From Psilocybe cubensis (Eukaryota): 64,000 nucleotides of DNA. The notes beneath the pieces are model-generated. The model had not been told where the DNA came from. It saw only the letters and a list, made by a program, of their open reading frames with translations, and did no database searches. The translations under genes were made by a program, and so were the position numbers. Position 1 is the first letter of the stretch. Every line of letters starts with the position of its first letter. The DNA lies in assembly GCA_017499595.2 (NCBI GenBank), contig CM038999.1, forward strand, positions 1,612,001 through 1,676,000. Direction: 5' to 3'. Shown here one piece after another: positions 1 through 10,749 of this stretch.

Positions 1-828
1 CATAAGTTCGGAGCCATGACCATTGGACATATGAGAGGGCACAGGCCCTGATCCATGGGTGTAACGATCCGGGGGGAAGCGTCCCAATCGATCGTTGAAG
101 TGTTGCATGGCAGAAGGACCAAAGGGGAGGCCATTGTTTACGCCAATCGCATAGTCCGAGTCTGGATATTCAGAATGATATCCATTGCTGCCAATCCCAG
201 GAAGCCTCCGCTCATGGATATCGGCATAGCCTGGAGGTGGGTAGTCCTTACCGGCTACAGAAGGAGGAAATCCTCCTGGATGGTGCAAGTTACTGACAGA
301 GTCAGAAGGTGTCAATGGGGAGACTTTGCCGCTGCTAAGATTGGTAATAATATCATACGGGTTGCCATTGGATCCATTGAAAGAGGGAACAGAATCAGAG
401 AAAGACCCATGTGAATAGATGCCCTCCGAGTTCATTCCGAAACCGTGACCCAGGGAAGACGAGGAAGAAGCGTTTGTGCGGTAGCGCTGTGAGGTGAAGG
501 AAGTGGGGGAATTGGACTCTGGAAATAGACCGTAACTTGGGTGGTCAGGACCGTCCATTGCTTCTGCCTGGTCATAAGAATGGTGCTGAATATGGCCGTT
601 CATATGAGGGTGGGTCGGGGAAGAACTCTGATTCTCAGAGCTGTGCATGAACGGCTGGTCAAGGTCGCTCGGAGGATAAATGCTATGGGGTGGCTGGGCG
701 GTGGTCTGTTGAAAATCAAGCGACATCTTCTTGTCCCTAGAATGAATATGGTCTGGATGGTCCCAACGGGAGAGTTCTGAGAGAGTTGGACGAGATGCAA
801 CTGGAGAATGTGCAGAATTGTCGTTCAT
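1..828 (-). CDS. 5' part of a gene running off the left edge; low-complexity S/P/H/G-rich N-terminus, possibly a fungal CSL (LAG-1/RBP-J) transcription factor
   Basis: Open frame from ATG 828 to the window edge: MNDNSAHSPVASRPTLSELSRWDHPDH...MSLDFQQ...SSGKVSPLTPSDSV...HGSELM. It is absent from the ORF track because it has no stop in the window. The CSL assignment is recollection of Agaricomycete N-termini only; no DNA-binding domain is visible here. Confidence 0.55.
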   Translation of the reverse strand, partial: MNDNSAHSPVASRPTLSELSRWDHPDHIHSRDKKMSLDFQQTTAQPPHSIYPPSDLDQPFMHSSENQSSSPTHPHMNGHIQHHSYDQAEAMDGPDHPSYGLFPESNSPTSFTSQRYRTNASSSSSLGHGFGMNSEGIYSHGSFSDSVPSFNGSNGNPYDIITNLSSGKVSPLTPSDSVSNLHHPGGFPPSVAGKDYPPPGYADIHERRLPGIGSNGYHSEYPDSDYAIGVNNGLPFGPSAMQHFNDRLGRFPPDRYTHGSGPVPSHMSNGHGSELM

Positions 829-3802
829 GCCACCTTCTGATGGCGGTGCGGCGTATGCCGTGTTGTGATGAGCGCTCTTGGGGCAGAAAGAGGAGTTGGT
901 GGTGAAGCGGCGCTTAGTGGCGGGCAGAGGGATTCTAGGAATCGTAAATGTTGATGGTCTTTTATCAGAACAATACCTTGCGCCGAACTCTATTTCGCCC
1001 GTCTGACATGACCGCGGAATCCGAATGAGATCAGAGATTTACCTCCGTTTCTGTAATGTTGAAGATTTTAGTCACACTGCAGAGATTTCCCCACATTCTC
1101 GCGCCTCTTGCCTGTTCAGCCTATCGGTTTCGTGCGCTTTCCGCCCTTGTTATGCAATGCTCCCCCGCTCCGAAATACTCACCCCAGCCCCCGATTGGTC
1201 TGCCCCCAACATATCCCCCAACACCCACGTGGAACGACGATGCCGAGTGTCGGCGGAAGAACTACACCAATCTCCTCGATCACTTTCCAGATCTTGAATA
1301 GCGTTTCGGCTTTTCCCGACACCGATATGTTTTCCAGGATTTGCATCCATTTGCTTTGCGCCAAACTCCTGGCGGTCCACCGATCCTCCTCTTCCCCCTC
1401 AGGTCCAAGGTCCTTACTCGACGTCCTCTGAACTTCTTATAGCCACCGTCCTCTCTCTCCAGAGCCAGCCATTTCTCCCCAGCGTCGATCCACTGCACTA
1501 CATACCATACCTCTACTTCGGCCCCATTTCATCTACACAATAAATGACCTCAATTTCTTGTTTTCATTTTCATTTTCTGCCATAACCGAGCCATTTGTGC
1601 CTGTATTTGATGGAGTGGAGAAAGTGCTCTTTTTGTCCCAGTCTATCAAACGTCTTCATCACAGACTGTTGGCACCTTACAAATATCTTCTCTCAACAAA
1701 CGGTCACAGACTCTCTTCACGGACCCATCCGAGAAGAATGACGGCATGGGGACCGCGCGATTTCAATGTTTATAAAACTAATGCACACATGGCTATATTT
1801 GAGCATGCGTCAGCAGATTGCGGGCGTGCCTACTTCGCCTATTCCTCATTCTTTTTTTATATCCATGCGCTAATTACTGTACTAACCTCATCGTCAAACT
1901 TGGAAGGGACGAGGATGTCCTCTGCATTCTCTATGCGTTGTCTAAAAGACCGGCGGCTTCATAATAGTATATCAGGCTCGCATGACATCCCCGAATGTTG
2001 TCGAAAACCGTTTCATTACAACAATGATATCAATCGAACAAACGTCTTTATAATATTTCTTCGTACAAAATGTACGTGCCTGATCGACTTCAAAAGGTCC
2101 AGTTAAAGTGACGGGAGCACAATGCATGTTTGGGAGTAGTCTCCCAATAGCTTGTCACCCGAGAAGCGACGAGTTGTTCAAATACTGCGCATCGATGCAA
2201 TATTCATAAGCTGAACAAGTAGGAAGGTGTACAAATAAAAATAGAACTTATCTTGCAACCATGTGCCATAAGCGCGCCAACCATTGACAGTGCAACAAAA
2301 GGAGCTAATTCGAGTTTAGGTAAAGCATTACTGAGGTTACATACTGATGCCGCCCGTGACAAGTTCTGATGTATCGCTGAAATCGACTTTGGAAGGTGAT
2401 ACCCTGGAAGGATCCTGCCCGTTTGCGTTGTGAGGGTCTAATGAATGACGAACAACATCATGAGAGTTTTTCAAGCGCGATGTTTTCCGCCGGCATAATC
2501 CAAAGTACCCTGAACGGGTGTTACGCTACGTCTAGTGCTGTACTCATAAAATGAATTGTCCCTTGATGCGAAGAGATAAGTCGGATAAGATTGACTCGTA
2601 CTAGGCTACTCACTGGCCTAAATATCCTTTGACAGAAACCGGAAGCCGAATTCGGCTCAATTGGAATCCTGATGCTTGTCTTGCATCGGAACTCCGAGTC
2701 CGTGTCTGCCTATGATTAGAGCCGACATTAGTTGAGGTCTATCACCATACTTGCCAAAGGATGGAGAAATCTGATGGATGGAACCCTCTTGATGAAAAAC
2801 AGATTGATAGACAGCATCAAATTCAGACCGAAGAAGATATGATTTATCAATTGCAAGACGACATAAAGATTTGGTCCAATAACGACAGCGTGTGTCGAAA
2901 ATAAAAGCGCAAAAAAGATAACCTAGACGTGCCATTTGCAAACGGACGAAAACATATTGATGCTTGCTGTCTGATCTGCACTATGCCTGTCATCTCTAGG
3001 AGAGATATGTACAACTGGCGCAACCATTGGCATATACAGCAGGGTCGGGGATGAGCTGGTCTGAAGACATGACAGGAACAGGGTACAGATTGGTTCCGTG
3101 CAGGCCAGTCCACAGGGTTTCACATTTTACACAATGCCGAAGTACCAATCGAATAGACAGACTAGAGAGGGCCTGCGAGGATGACAGGAGAAGAAAGTCA
3201 TCGGATACTTGTGGGTCGAGTGGCTTCGGGGAGTAGTAGACGTAGACCGAGACATTCATGTTGTGCAGGGCTCTCCTGACAGAGCAACGTAGTAGGTGAG
3301 ATGGAGATGAGACCGCAGACCATTGGAAGAGATGCAAAGCGACGGAACGCGGCGGCGCAGACAACAACAACAACAACTGAGAGAGGTGACATGAATGCAA
3401 GAATATATCTTGATCTTCAGTGCAGCATATTATGCGTCGGTGATCACAGCCAGTGGCAAAAAAAGTGGGTCGGCAGGCAAGGAAGAGGAAAAATGTAGTT
3501 CGAGGTTGAAGGAAAAGCTTTGAAGCTGAACAAAATTGACTGTGACCCAAGAGGTGACGGTGACTGCAGACCGCAGGCCGGCTGTCTAAATCTGGCTACA
3601 TCCCGCTCACCAACATCCTTCGTTCACCAACCTCTCTTTTTCCCCGCAAACACCTGCTGGTCTGCACCAGGCAGCCGTTCTCTCTTTTCAGGTTGCTGGT
3701 TGTAAATATCTATTTCTACTGCGATCCAGGCCACAAAAGAGCCCAGGTGGTTCTTTGTCTGATATCTAACGCCGTCACCACTTGCCACGAGTTTCGGGCA
3801 GA

Positions 3803-5544
3803 ATGTCAGGGCCTTCCTACCGCCTGCAAGCACCACGACCACGGCGGCCTCCATCTCCGCTAAACTTCGACAATTCCTTCAAGCCCACATCCGTCGTCAG
3901 CACCTTTCATGACTCGCAAACTCTTCTCTACGACCTTCCTTCTACCGTATCTATGTCCCCACCTCCCACAAGTCCGAGATCGGGTGGGCGTGTGATCTCG
4001 CCGACCTCTCCTTCGTTTCCTGGGCGCTCTTCGAGAGGTCCACGTAACGGCAGGCCAACTCCTCCTCCAAGCAGTCGAAATAGATCAGCTACACCGTTAG
4101 GAGTTGCCCCGAGTGAACTCGAATCCTTCGCAGAATATTGCCGTGCCTGGTAAGTTTTGTATACCGTGTTCTTAAGTAAATGATATTTACTTACTTGCAT
4201 AATTTTAGGTACTATTGTCAGGACGATAACTCAGGCCGCCTTATGACACAAACACTCGCCACTCTCCCTCCTTCACAGCGTGCTCCCTTCTCTCGATTAC
4301 AAGCTTCCATCCGATCAGCCTATCATCGTTCTGTGAACGCACGTAGACATGCTGAATTCCAAGCCCATCTAAGCGCCACTACACCAGGTGGCTCCCTGAT
4401 GCCCCATGCCAGAGCAGATCCTCGTTCGAAGGCTGCTCAGAAAGGTCTGTCAATATGTTATCCCCGATGTCATGTAATCATAAGTTAATCATCTTTTTTT
4501 TGCTTTGATAAGAACGTTATGAGCGAGCAGAACGCTTCATGCGCAATTGGTGCAATACAGGTATGCCTGGTACTAAACCATTTTTCGAGGCGTGCGTATA
4601 TGTCTTTTACGATAATAGTTTGTGTTATAATGAATTTCTTGGCAGCCTGTGGGCCGTAATGCGATTGCAGGTCATTCCAGAGAATCTTGGTGGCGCAGGA
4701 AAATTCCGCATTGAATGGGAATTTGATGACGCTGTATTCAAAGAAGCAGCGTAAGTACAAACTATATCAACACCTTTAAACCTTTCGCTCACGAGGTTTA
4801 TCAGTGGGAAGGACTTCATGCTCGAAGCGATAGATTTTCTCAAAGGGGTTTGTCTCTCCCATGTAGTGAACTGAACTATTTTTTAACTGCAATCATCAGG
4901 TACTAGCATTCGAAGAAACGCCCTCAATAAAGATCTCGAATACTTCCTATGGCCACAGAAAAGATTTGAGTCTCCCCGCACTACATTCTCGCGCGCAGTC
5001 ACATCCATCTCCTTCCCATCAGAAAGCTATCGACCCCGCTTCAACAGTGCAACCGAAACGCGCTCGAGCTCCGAGCGATCCATTTTTAGACGCCCCTCAA
5101 TCTCGAACCCTTGGACCCGCCTCTCATTCACCGAATGCAGAGTCAATACTGACCTCTGCAGGCACCGATGGGGAAGAACCCCCTAGTCCTGTTGCCGCAG
5201 ATGGAGATACAGCGACGAGCCCATTTTTACAGGAAGAAGATACCTTTGATAATGCTGACGAACAATATCTTCGAATCTGGACATCTCCTGATCTTACCAA
5301 TCCCGAACTCCTACAGCTCCTTGAATTATTCCCCTCATTTGTATCTCGACGCCCCTTGCCTCGGTTTCCAGTGTCTCCAACACGACACGTGGATGTGGAA
5401 GAGGGCGAAGACGACGGACTCGAGGGAAGACAAATCCGTTTTGGGACCGGTTCTATGTGGGTCAGTTCCAAAGAACGTGGCGATTCTTGGGAAGGAGGCT
5501 GGTGGACTAAATTTATCATGTGGTGGAGAAGAATCTTTTGTTAA
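3803..5544 (+). CDS. Conserved-looking basidiomycete hypothetical protein (multi-exon)
   Basis: ORF pieces 3782-4153, 4180-4488, 4539-4754 and 4966-5544 join through ~50-60 nt GT-AG introns: ...FAEYCRAW/YYCQDD...FRIEWEFDDAVFKEAA/GKDFMLEAIDFLKG...WEGGWWTKFIMWWRRIFC*. Confidence 0.8.
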
Positions 5545-6641
5545 CTGACTGTTATTTTTTCTTGTCTTTTATCGTTTCACAACATGGACATCCTTCACCC
5601 GCAGTACAACGATTCAATTTCCTTCCCCCTTTTCTGCATCTCATCAAGATCATCCTATGGCATATCTTTCCTTCATTTTTTTCAACTTACGGCCATTATC
5701 AAAGCTCGCTGCATATACCCCCCTTGTATATCTATCGAAACTCACCGAGCGGCCACCACCATTGAGGAATGCAACTTCATTGGTTACCAACTGTCCCCTT
5801 CCTCAATGCCTCACACAGGATTCTATAACTCTATCTGTGGAGAACCGGTAATACATTATTTGAAATACCGTGTCATATCCTGAGAATGGCAACAGCTGTC
5901 TCGAACTCGTCATTTCACCACCCAATGTATGTAATGATTAAACTTTGGTTACGGGAGAGCAGTGCGGCGTGCCCGCATGTGGCTTTTGAGCATCCAAAGA
6001 AATGTGACATTGGGCAAACCATATTCATTGATTCTATTCCTGGTAAATATAATTGAAATTAATCCTCAATACTCCCCATCGTCCAACCTCAAATTCCATT
6101 TTTATAGCATCGCCCCAGGATGAGTTGTTGCGTGGTCGGTGATGCCGAGTTCTGCTCTCACTCGCAATTGAATCTGAGGTTAAACGTTTGGCAAATGATA
6201 TTAGATTGACTGTATAGTACATGACAGCATTCTGTTCAAGAGAATTTCCTGTATTTTTTCCACTCTGTCAACGGCATTGCAGAGGAAACTTGAAAGACAT
6301 CGGTTAGCGAGCAGCGTGTGCGATTAGTGTCTCCCACTCGTGTCCTGTCAGATATCGACACTTTTCTCTCCATATAGTATGACACTCTCACTAACTCTTC
6401 ACTATGTTGATGCGTGCGCTATGACCCCCCAAGGTCAAGCATCGAGGGAAATTCATTCAACCATCGGAGTGACCAAATCAGGCAAATACGAAGGTAAACT
6501 TGACTTTCTGCGGTGACGGCTGGCCGGCGACGGGAAACACATCCATGTCAGTCTCTAAGTAAAAACGTAGGATTCCGCCAGTTAGTGACGTGATAAGGCG
6601 TATAATCTCCTAAGTAATTAGTTCAATTTATTCAGCACTAT

Positions 6642-6854
6642 TGTACATCTTACTCAGGTTCCTTGAAGCCATTTCAACCGGCGCCTCTTTTCGGGGGCGG
6701 TTTCCCAAAATCCACAATGCGCCACACAGATTTGTACCACGAGGCATTGTACGGAACCTGGCTTTCAGACAACTGAAAAAATGGCTTGGCAAAATGTACA
6801 GTAAACATCCCGACACGGTGTTCTCGCTAGGTTTTCTTGACTGGAAACGGGATG
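6642..6854. ncRNA. Candidate structured non-coding element (multi-helix, pseudoknot-capable); class unknown
   Basis: Complementary pairs: 6642-48/6794-6800, 6655-62/6753-60, 6666-74/6779-87, 6682-88/6693-99 (two G-U), 6714-20/6744-50, 6763-68/6773-78, 6806-12/6848-54. TATAAT at 6601. Confidence 0.4.
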
Positions 6855-7467
6855 CGTGACTAGAATGCCGACGACACCACATTGCAATCATAAATTCACC
6901 CTCCGCGTCAACCCTGACCTATGAGTCTATCCTAAGTAGTAGAAGCGATCACGGAATATGAATTCTACAAGAACATGAAAAAGTATACATGATATCGAAT
7001 ACACACTCGTTACTCAATCGTGGTCTCATGGGCGCTTAAGCAGGTTTAAGGTGGTACGGAAGTAGTGCTGGTACAAAAACAACCCCGTACCCATACGCAA
7101 CTCGGTGCAGAAAATATATTAAACGACAAATGCTTCCATCGGTCTTACAAAATTGCCAAGTCGTTTTGGAATATTTGTGTTTCACAGTGTCCGAATCTTC
7201 ATCTTTTAGCAGGAAATTGAATGAAAAAAGGTGAATTATAAAAAACCAGGTTACACTGTATTTCGCTGCGTGTCCCTGATTTTCGTATATGCTCGGAAGA
7301 CAAAATTCTTCAATCAGCATAGGTGAGGTCGGCAAGCGTCCGACATGGCCAAAATTTTTGAGGTTTTGTGATTTCTGAGAGTATCGATTAAAGAAAGGGT
7401 TAGGAAAAAGGTTAGTAGCAAAAAGGTCGTTTTGTACATTGTTGGCCTAAATTCAAGCAAAGAGGTG

Positions 7468-8579
7468 TCATGATTGTTGCTCGTAGGCTTCGATGACTTC
7501 TTCCAGTTGCTTCTCGCGTTCTGTCAGCCTAGAATGGTCAAGATGAGCATTATCCTAATAGCTTTGCGCCTGTACACTCAGTCACAGTACCTTCTAACTT
7601 CATCTTCAAGATATTTAATCCGCTGCTGAAGGTGGACCAACTTCGTATTTTTCGCATCCCGGCTTTTTTCTGCGGCTGTTTTCCTTGCCTCAAAATTTCT
7701 GATATGCTCTGGAAGGGTTTCCAGGCGTCGTATCATACCAGAAACTGCATTCATGGCTACATCCGAGGATTCCTCTTGACCGATCTCTGGCGTCATCTGG
7801 GTGGTTGAAAGACCATTGCTACTTCGTGCCTACTTTTAATCAGATTGAGATATATTTCAAGTATCGAGGCGCCATACTACCGCATCTCTTCCCGGAACTG
7901 TAGAAGTATCTTGGAAGGGGTCTTCGTTGCTATCAGAGGCTACTGGGTCAGACGACAGACCACAGGCGGCCCCGCCTGGGGCAGGATTGTCGTATTTTAT
8001 ATTGGCAACCGCAATGGGAGGTCCGAATTTGCTGTTTTGTGAGCTAGTGGTTGTCATTACAGACTCATTTGGAGATGGACTAGCTAGAGTTTCTTGAATG
8101 ATCTTTAAACGCTTTTGGCTGCTTGCAAGCTTCTCCTCGCGGCTTGATATGGTAGAAAAGGTTCTCTTTGGCGTTGGGGTCGATGGTGCGTCAACGTTTT
8201 GATACCATTGATCCCATGACTTGGTCTGAGATCCGATAGGCGTTGAGGGCGCATTTGCCTCTTGTGATAAAGGCTCAAATGGAGTACTTTGTGATGACGA
8301 AGCAGCTTGAGGTTGCGAACCCGTAGGTTCAGGGTCTATCCAATCTGCACAATGAAAAGATAAGTAGGTTCGAACAATGCAGAATTAAGCGTCAAGTACC
8401 CGTGTAATTACAAGAATTGTTCTCGGATTCAGGACACTGATGGAATCGTCTACGAAAGAAGTTCTTCATCAACTATCATTCAGCATCCGTCGGATGAAGG
8501 CGAATGTTATCTACCGAAAAGGTGGCTTCGCCATATGCCGAGTTTGTAATGCAAGATCGTGAATAGGGCATTTCTTCAT
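7468..8579 (-). CDS. GRF-type zinc finger + S/T/P-rich linker + C-terminal coiled-coil protein, tandem copy 1
   Basis: Spliced: MKKCPIHDLALQTRHMAKPPFR/RFHQCPESENNSCNYT/DWIDPEP...MIRRLETLPEHIRNFEARKTAAEKSRDAKNTKLVHLQQRIKYLEDEVR/RLTEREKQLEEVIEAYEQQS*. The C-x2-H...RF-x2-C-x7-C-x4-W-x-D pattern is zf-GRF-like. Confidence 0.75.
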
Positions 8580-8710
8580 CAGTGGCCAAGGAACGAGACT
8601 TTGCTTCAATAGGCGCCTATGAAATGTGTGAGAGAAGATGGTAGTGAGAATAAGGCAGGAATAAGGGTTTAATAATGCTCAGGGGGCGTGACCTTTCGGT
8701 ACTGCCGGAG

Positions 8711-8732
8711 GCGCGTTGAAACGTTGACGCGT
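8711..8732. promoter_or_regulatory. MCB-like elements (GCGCGT, ACGCGT) upstream of GRF copy 1
   Basis: GCGCGT at 8711-8716 and ACGCGT at 8727-8732, ~130-150 bp upstream of the ATG at 8579. Confidence 0.3.
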
Positions 8733-9026
8733 TAACCAGTCACACTATAAAACATCCGACAAGAAAGTCACGGCCTTCCCATGTTTGAGGACGTCCATAA
8801 ATTTCTGTGATGTACAAACATGATGATGCGGCATGCTCACGTCGCCTCGCCGCCACGACAACGCTAAAATGGTACAAACAAATGCGACACGCTTGCCATC
8901 CTTTCAATGGGATAGCAAAGTAGTGGCATATTGGGAGTAGAGATTCACAAGGTGAATATTCCACAGGTTAACCTCCCTCCAACAGATATCTAGGGACGAG
9001 AGCACAACTGGAACGAACTCATATCT

Positions 9027-10009
9027 TCAAGATTCGAACCGTGTATCGATTATTTTTTCAAGTTCTTGCTCTCGGGTTTTCAATCTTTAAGTCCATAGAA
9101 TTAGCGATTATACCACCTTGCAAACCGATGTCTTGTGGAATGCCACATACCTTGTTACTTCAGCCTCAAGCTTGTCCACTTGCTCCTGGAGACTTATAAT
9201 TGCTGTATTATATGCTCTACCGCTGCTATCTGCATCCGACTTCTGCTTTTCCAGCTTCTTGAGGTAGGTGGGGAGTGCTCTGAGCTGTCGAATCATGTCA
9301 GAAACCACTTCAAAAGATAGATCTGGGACGTCATCGCTTCGTGAATTATTTCCATGGTTTGGAACCTGCACATTAGTATGTTATCATAACCCGGGTAGGT
9401 CATCAGTAGACAGTGATAAAAGTGTCGAAACTTACAGATGCATCCGTATCATTAAATTGGCTAACTTGACTCCCCGCTAAGCCCATAGGTTTTAAACTCC
9501 CATATATTGAATGAATTGAAGAAGCTGGCTTTGCAGGTGTCGTTGGGATCCTACTTATACTTGAACCTAAATCAACATCCGAATGGAAAATATTGTCCCG
9601 AGGACTGTCCTGGTTCATGGCGGAGACATTCCTTGAGGCAGGGGTTGGAGTGGAAGGAGATTCAGGGAGGGTTTGACTAAAGGGCATAGAAGAATTGGGA
9701 GTAGGAGGTAACATGTTTGGCTGCGAGAGTGTATTCTCTTCAGGAGAGACCCATTCTAATGAAGGTCGAATCTCGAGATAATATCAATTCTACAAGTTTC
9801 ACGACTGACCAAAAAAGTTACATTGTTCGCCTATTGGTTTAGAGCATCGATAAAATTGGCTGCAAGCAATAAATTTTATAATTAGTAATCGAACTGGATT
9901 GTAATCGAAGATCGTTGATGTACCGAGGTGGTTGCTTCTTGGTCCACCATAGCCTAGCGGGGAGATTGTGTCCCGGGCAGATAGGGGTAGATTCATAGTT
10001 GTTGTTCAT
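9027..10009 (-). CDS. GRF-type zinc finger + coiled-coil protein, tandem copy 2
   Basis: Spliced: MNNNYESTPICPGHNLPARLWWTKKQPPR/QFYRCSKPIGEQCNFF/EWVSPEE...MIRQLRALPTYLKKLEKQKSDADSS...LEAEVT/RLKTREQELEKIIDTRFES*. Confidence 0.8.
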
Positions 10010-10749
10010 GGTAAAACTGATGGCAAAGGATAGATAATGATGAAAATGTGGAAATTAGTTCTGGCTTCTTTCTGCATGGTATCCAATTTGAACGAATGGA
10101 TATCCATGTATTAATATAGATGTGTTACCAGAGAAGATAGAACGGAACACTGACACGACAGTCCAAAGGTAAAGGGCAGAAAATCTTTGGAAAGTTATTA
10201 GATTTTTAAAGGCAATTCACATTCCATATATTCGCTTCTGACTTGCATTTGGGTGTCCCAACGAGGTAGCTTGGCGGTAGGGTACTTTGGGAGAATGGTA
10301 TCAACGTACGGAAGGAAGGCAAGGTATATAAGTACATGTTTAACGTTCATATTTGTTTCCCCGTGCCGCTCAGATGCCGATTGAAGTGTCGGCTAATCCC
10401 GCTTAAACTAAAACTTAACTCAGACTGTACTTGATCATCGAGTACGATGAATAAGTAATGCTGATACTGGATTGGTGGTAAATATAATTGATAATCTGCT
10501 GTCACGCACTAACAAACACTCAGTTACAAGCGCCCGTTTTCCCTAAATATCCATTGTATTCAGGTCAGATTTCTAGATTGAATTTAGACAAATTTTAAAG
10601 GCTACACGCTTTGGTGGAGGCGAATTAGTATACAGTAAGATTTGTGGCGACTTGATTTTAATAATTAAATAAATGTCGAGAGTTCAAAGCTTGAAGTTGA
10701 AGTTGTTAAACTTCAAAAAAGAGCAAAAACATATCGATTTGCTTCACCA

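Noticed and set aside
1153-1301. Small Pro-rich ORF as a RiPP (MSDIN/borosin/dikaritin) precursor
   Set aside because: No MSDIN leader, no repeated core or KR sites, and no processing enzyme nearby.
2644-2657. 14-bp perfect palindrome AGCCGAATTCGGCT
   Set aside because: Single occurrence, compatible with chance in 64 kb.
6446-6967. RNase P CR-I (GGGAAATTC) paired with ACGGAATATGAATTC as CR-V
   Set aside because: Deviates from the GGAARNUCNGNG consensus, has no bulged U in the would-be P4 and has no convincing P1.
6796-7260. Tc1/mariner MITE bounded by TACAGT...ACTGTA
   Set aside because: The inverted match is only ~6 bp and there is no transposase remnant.
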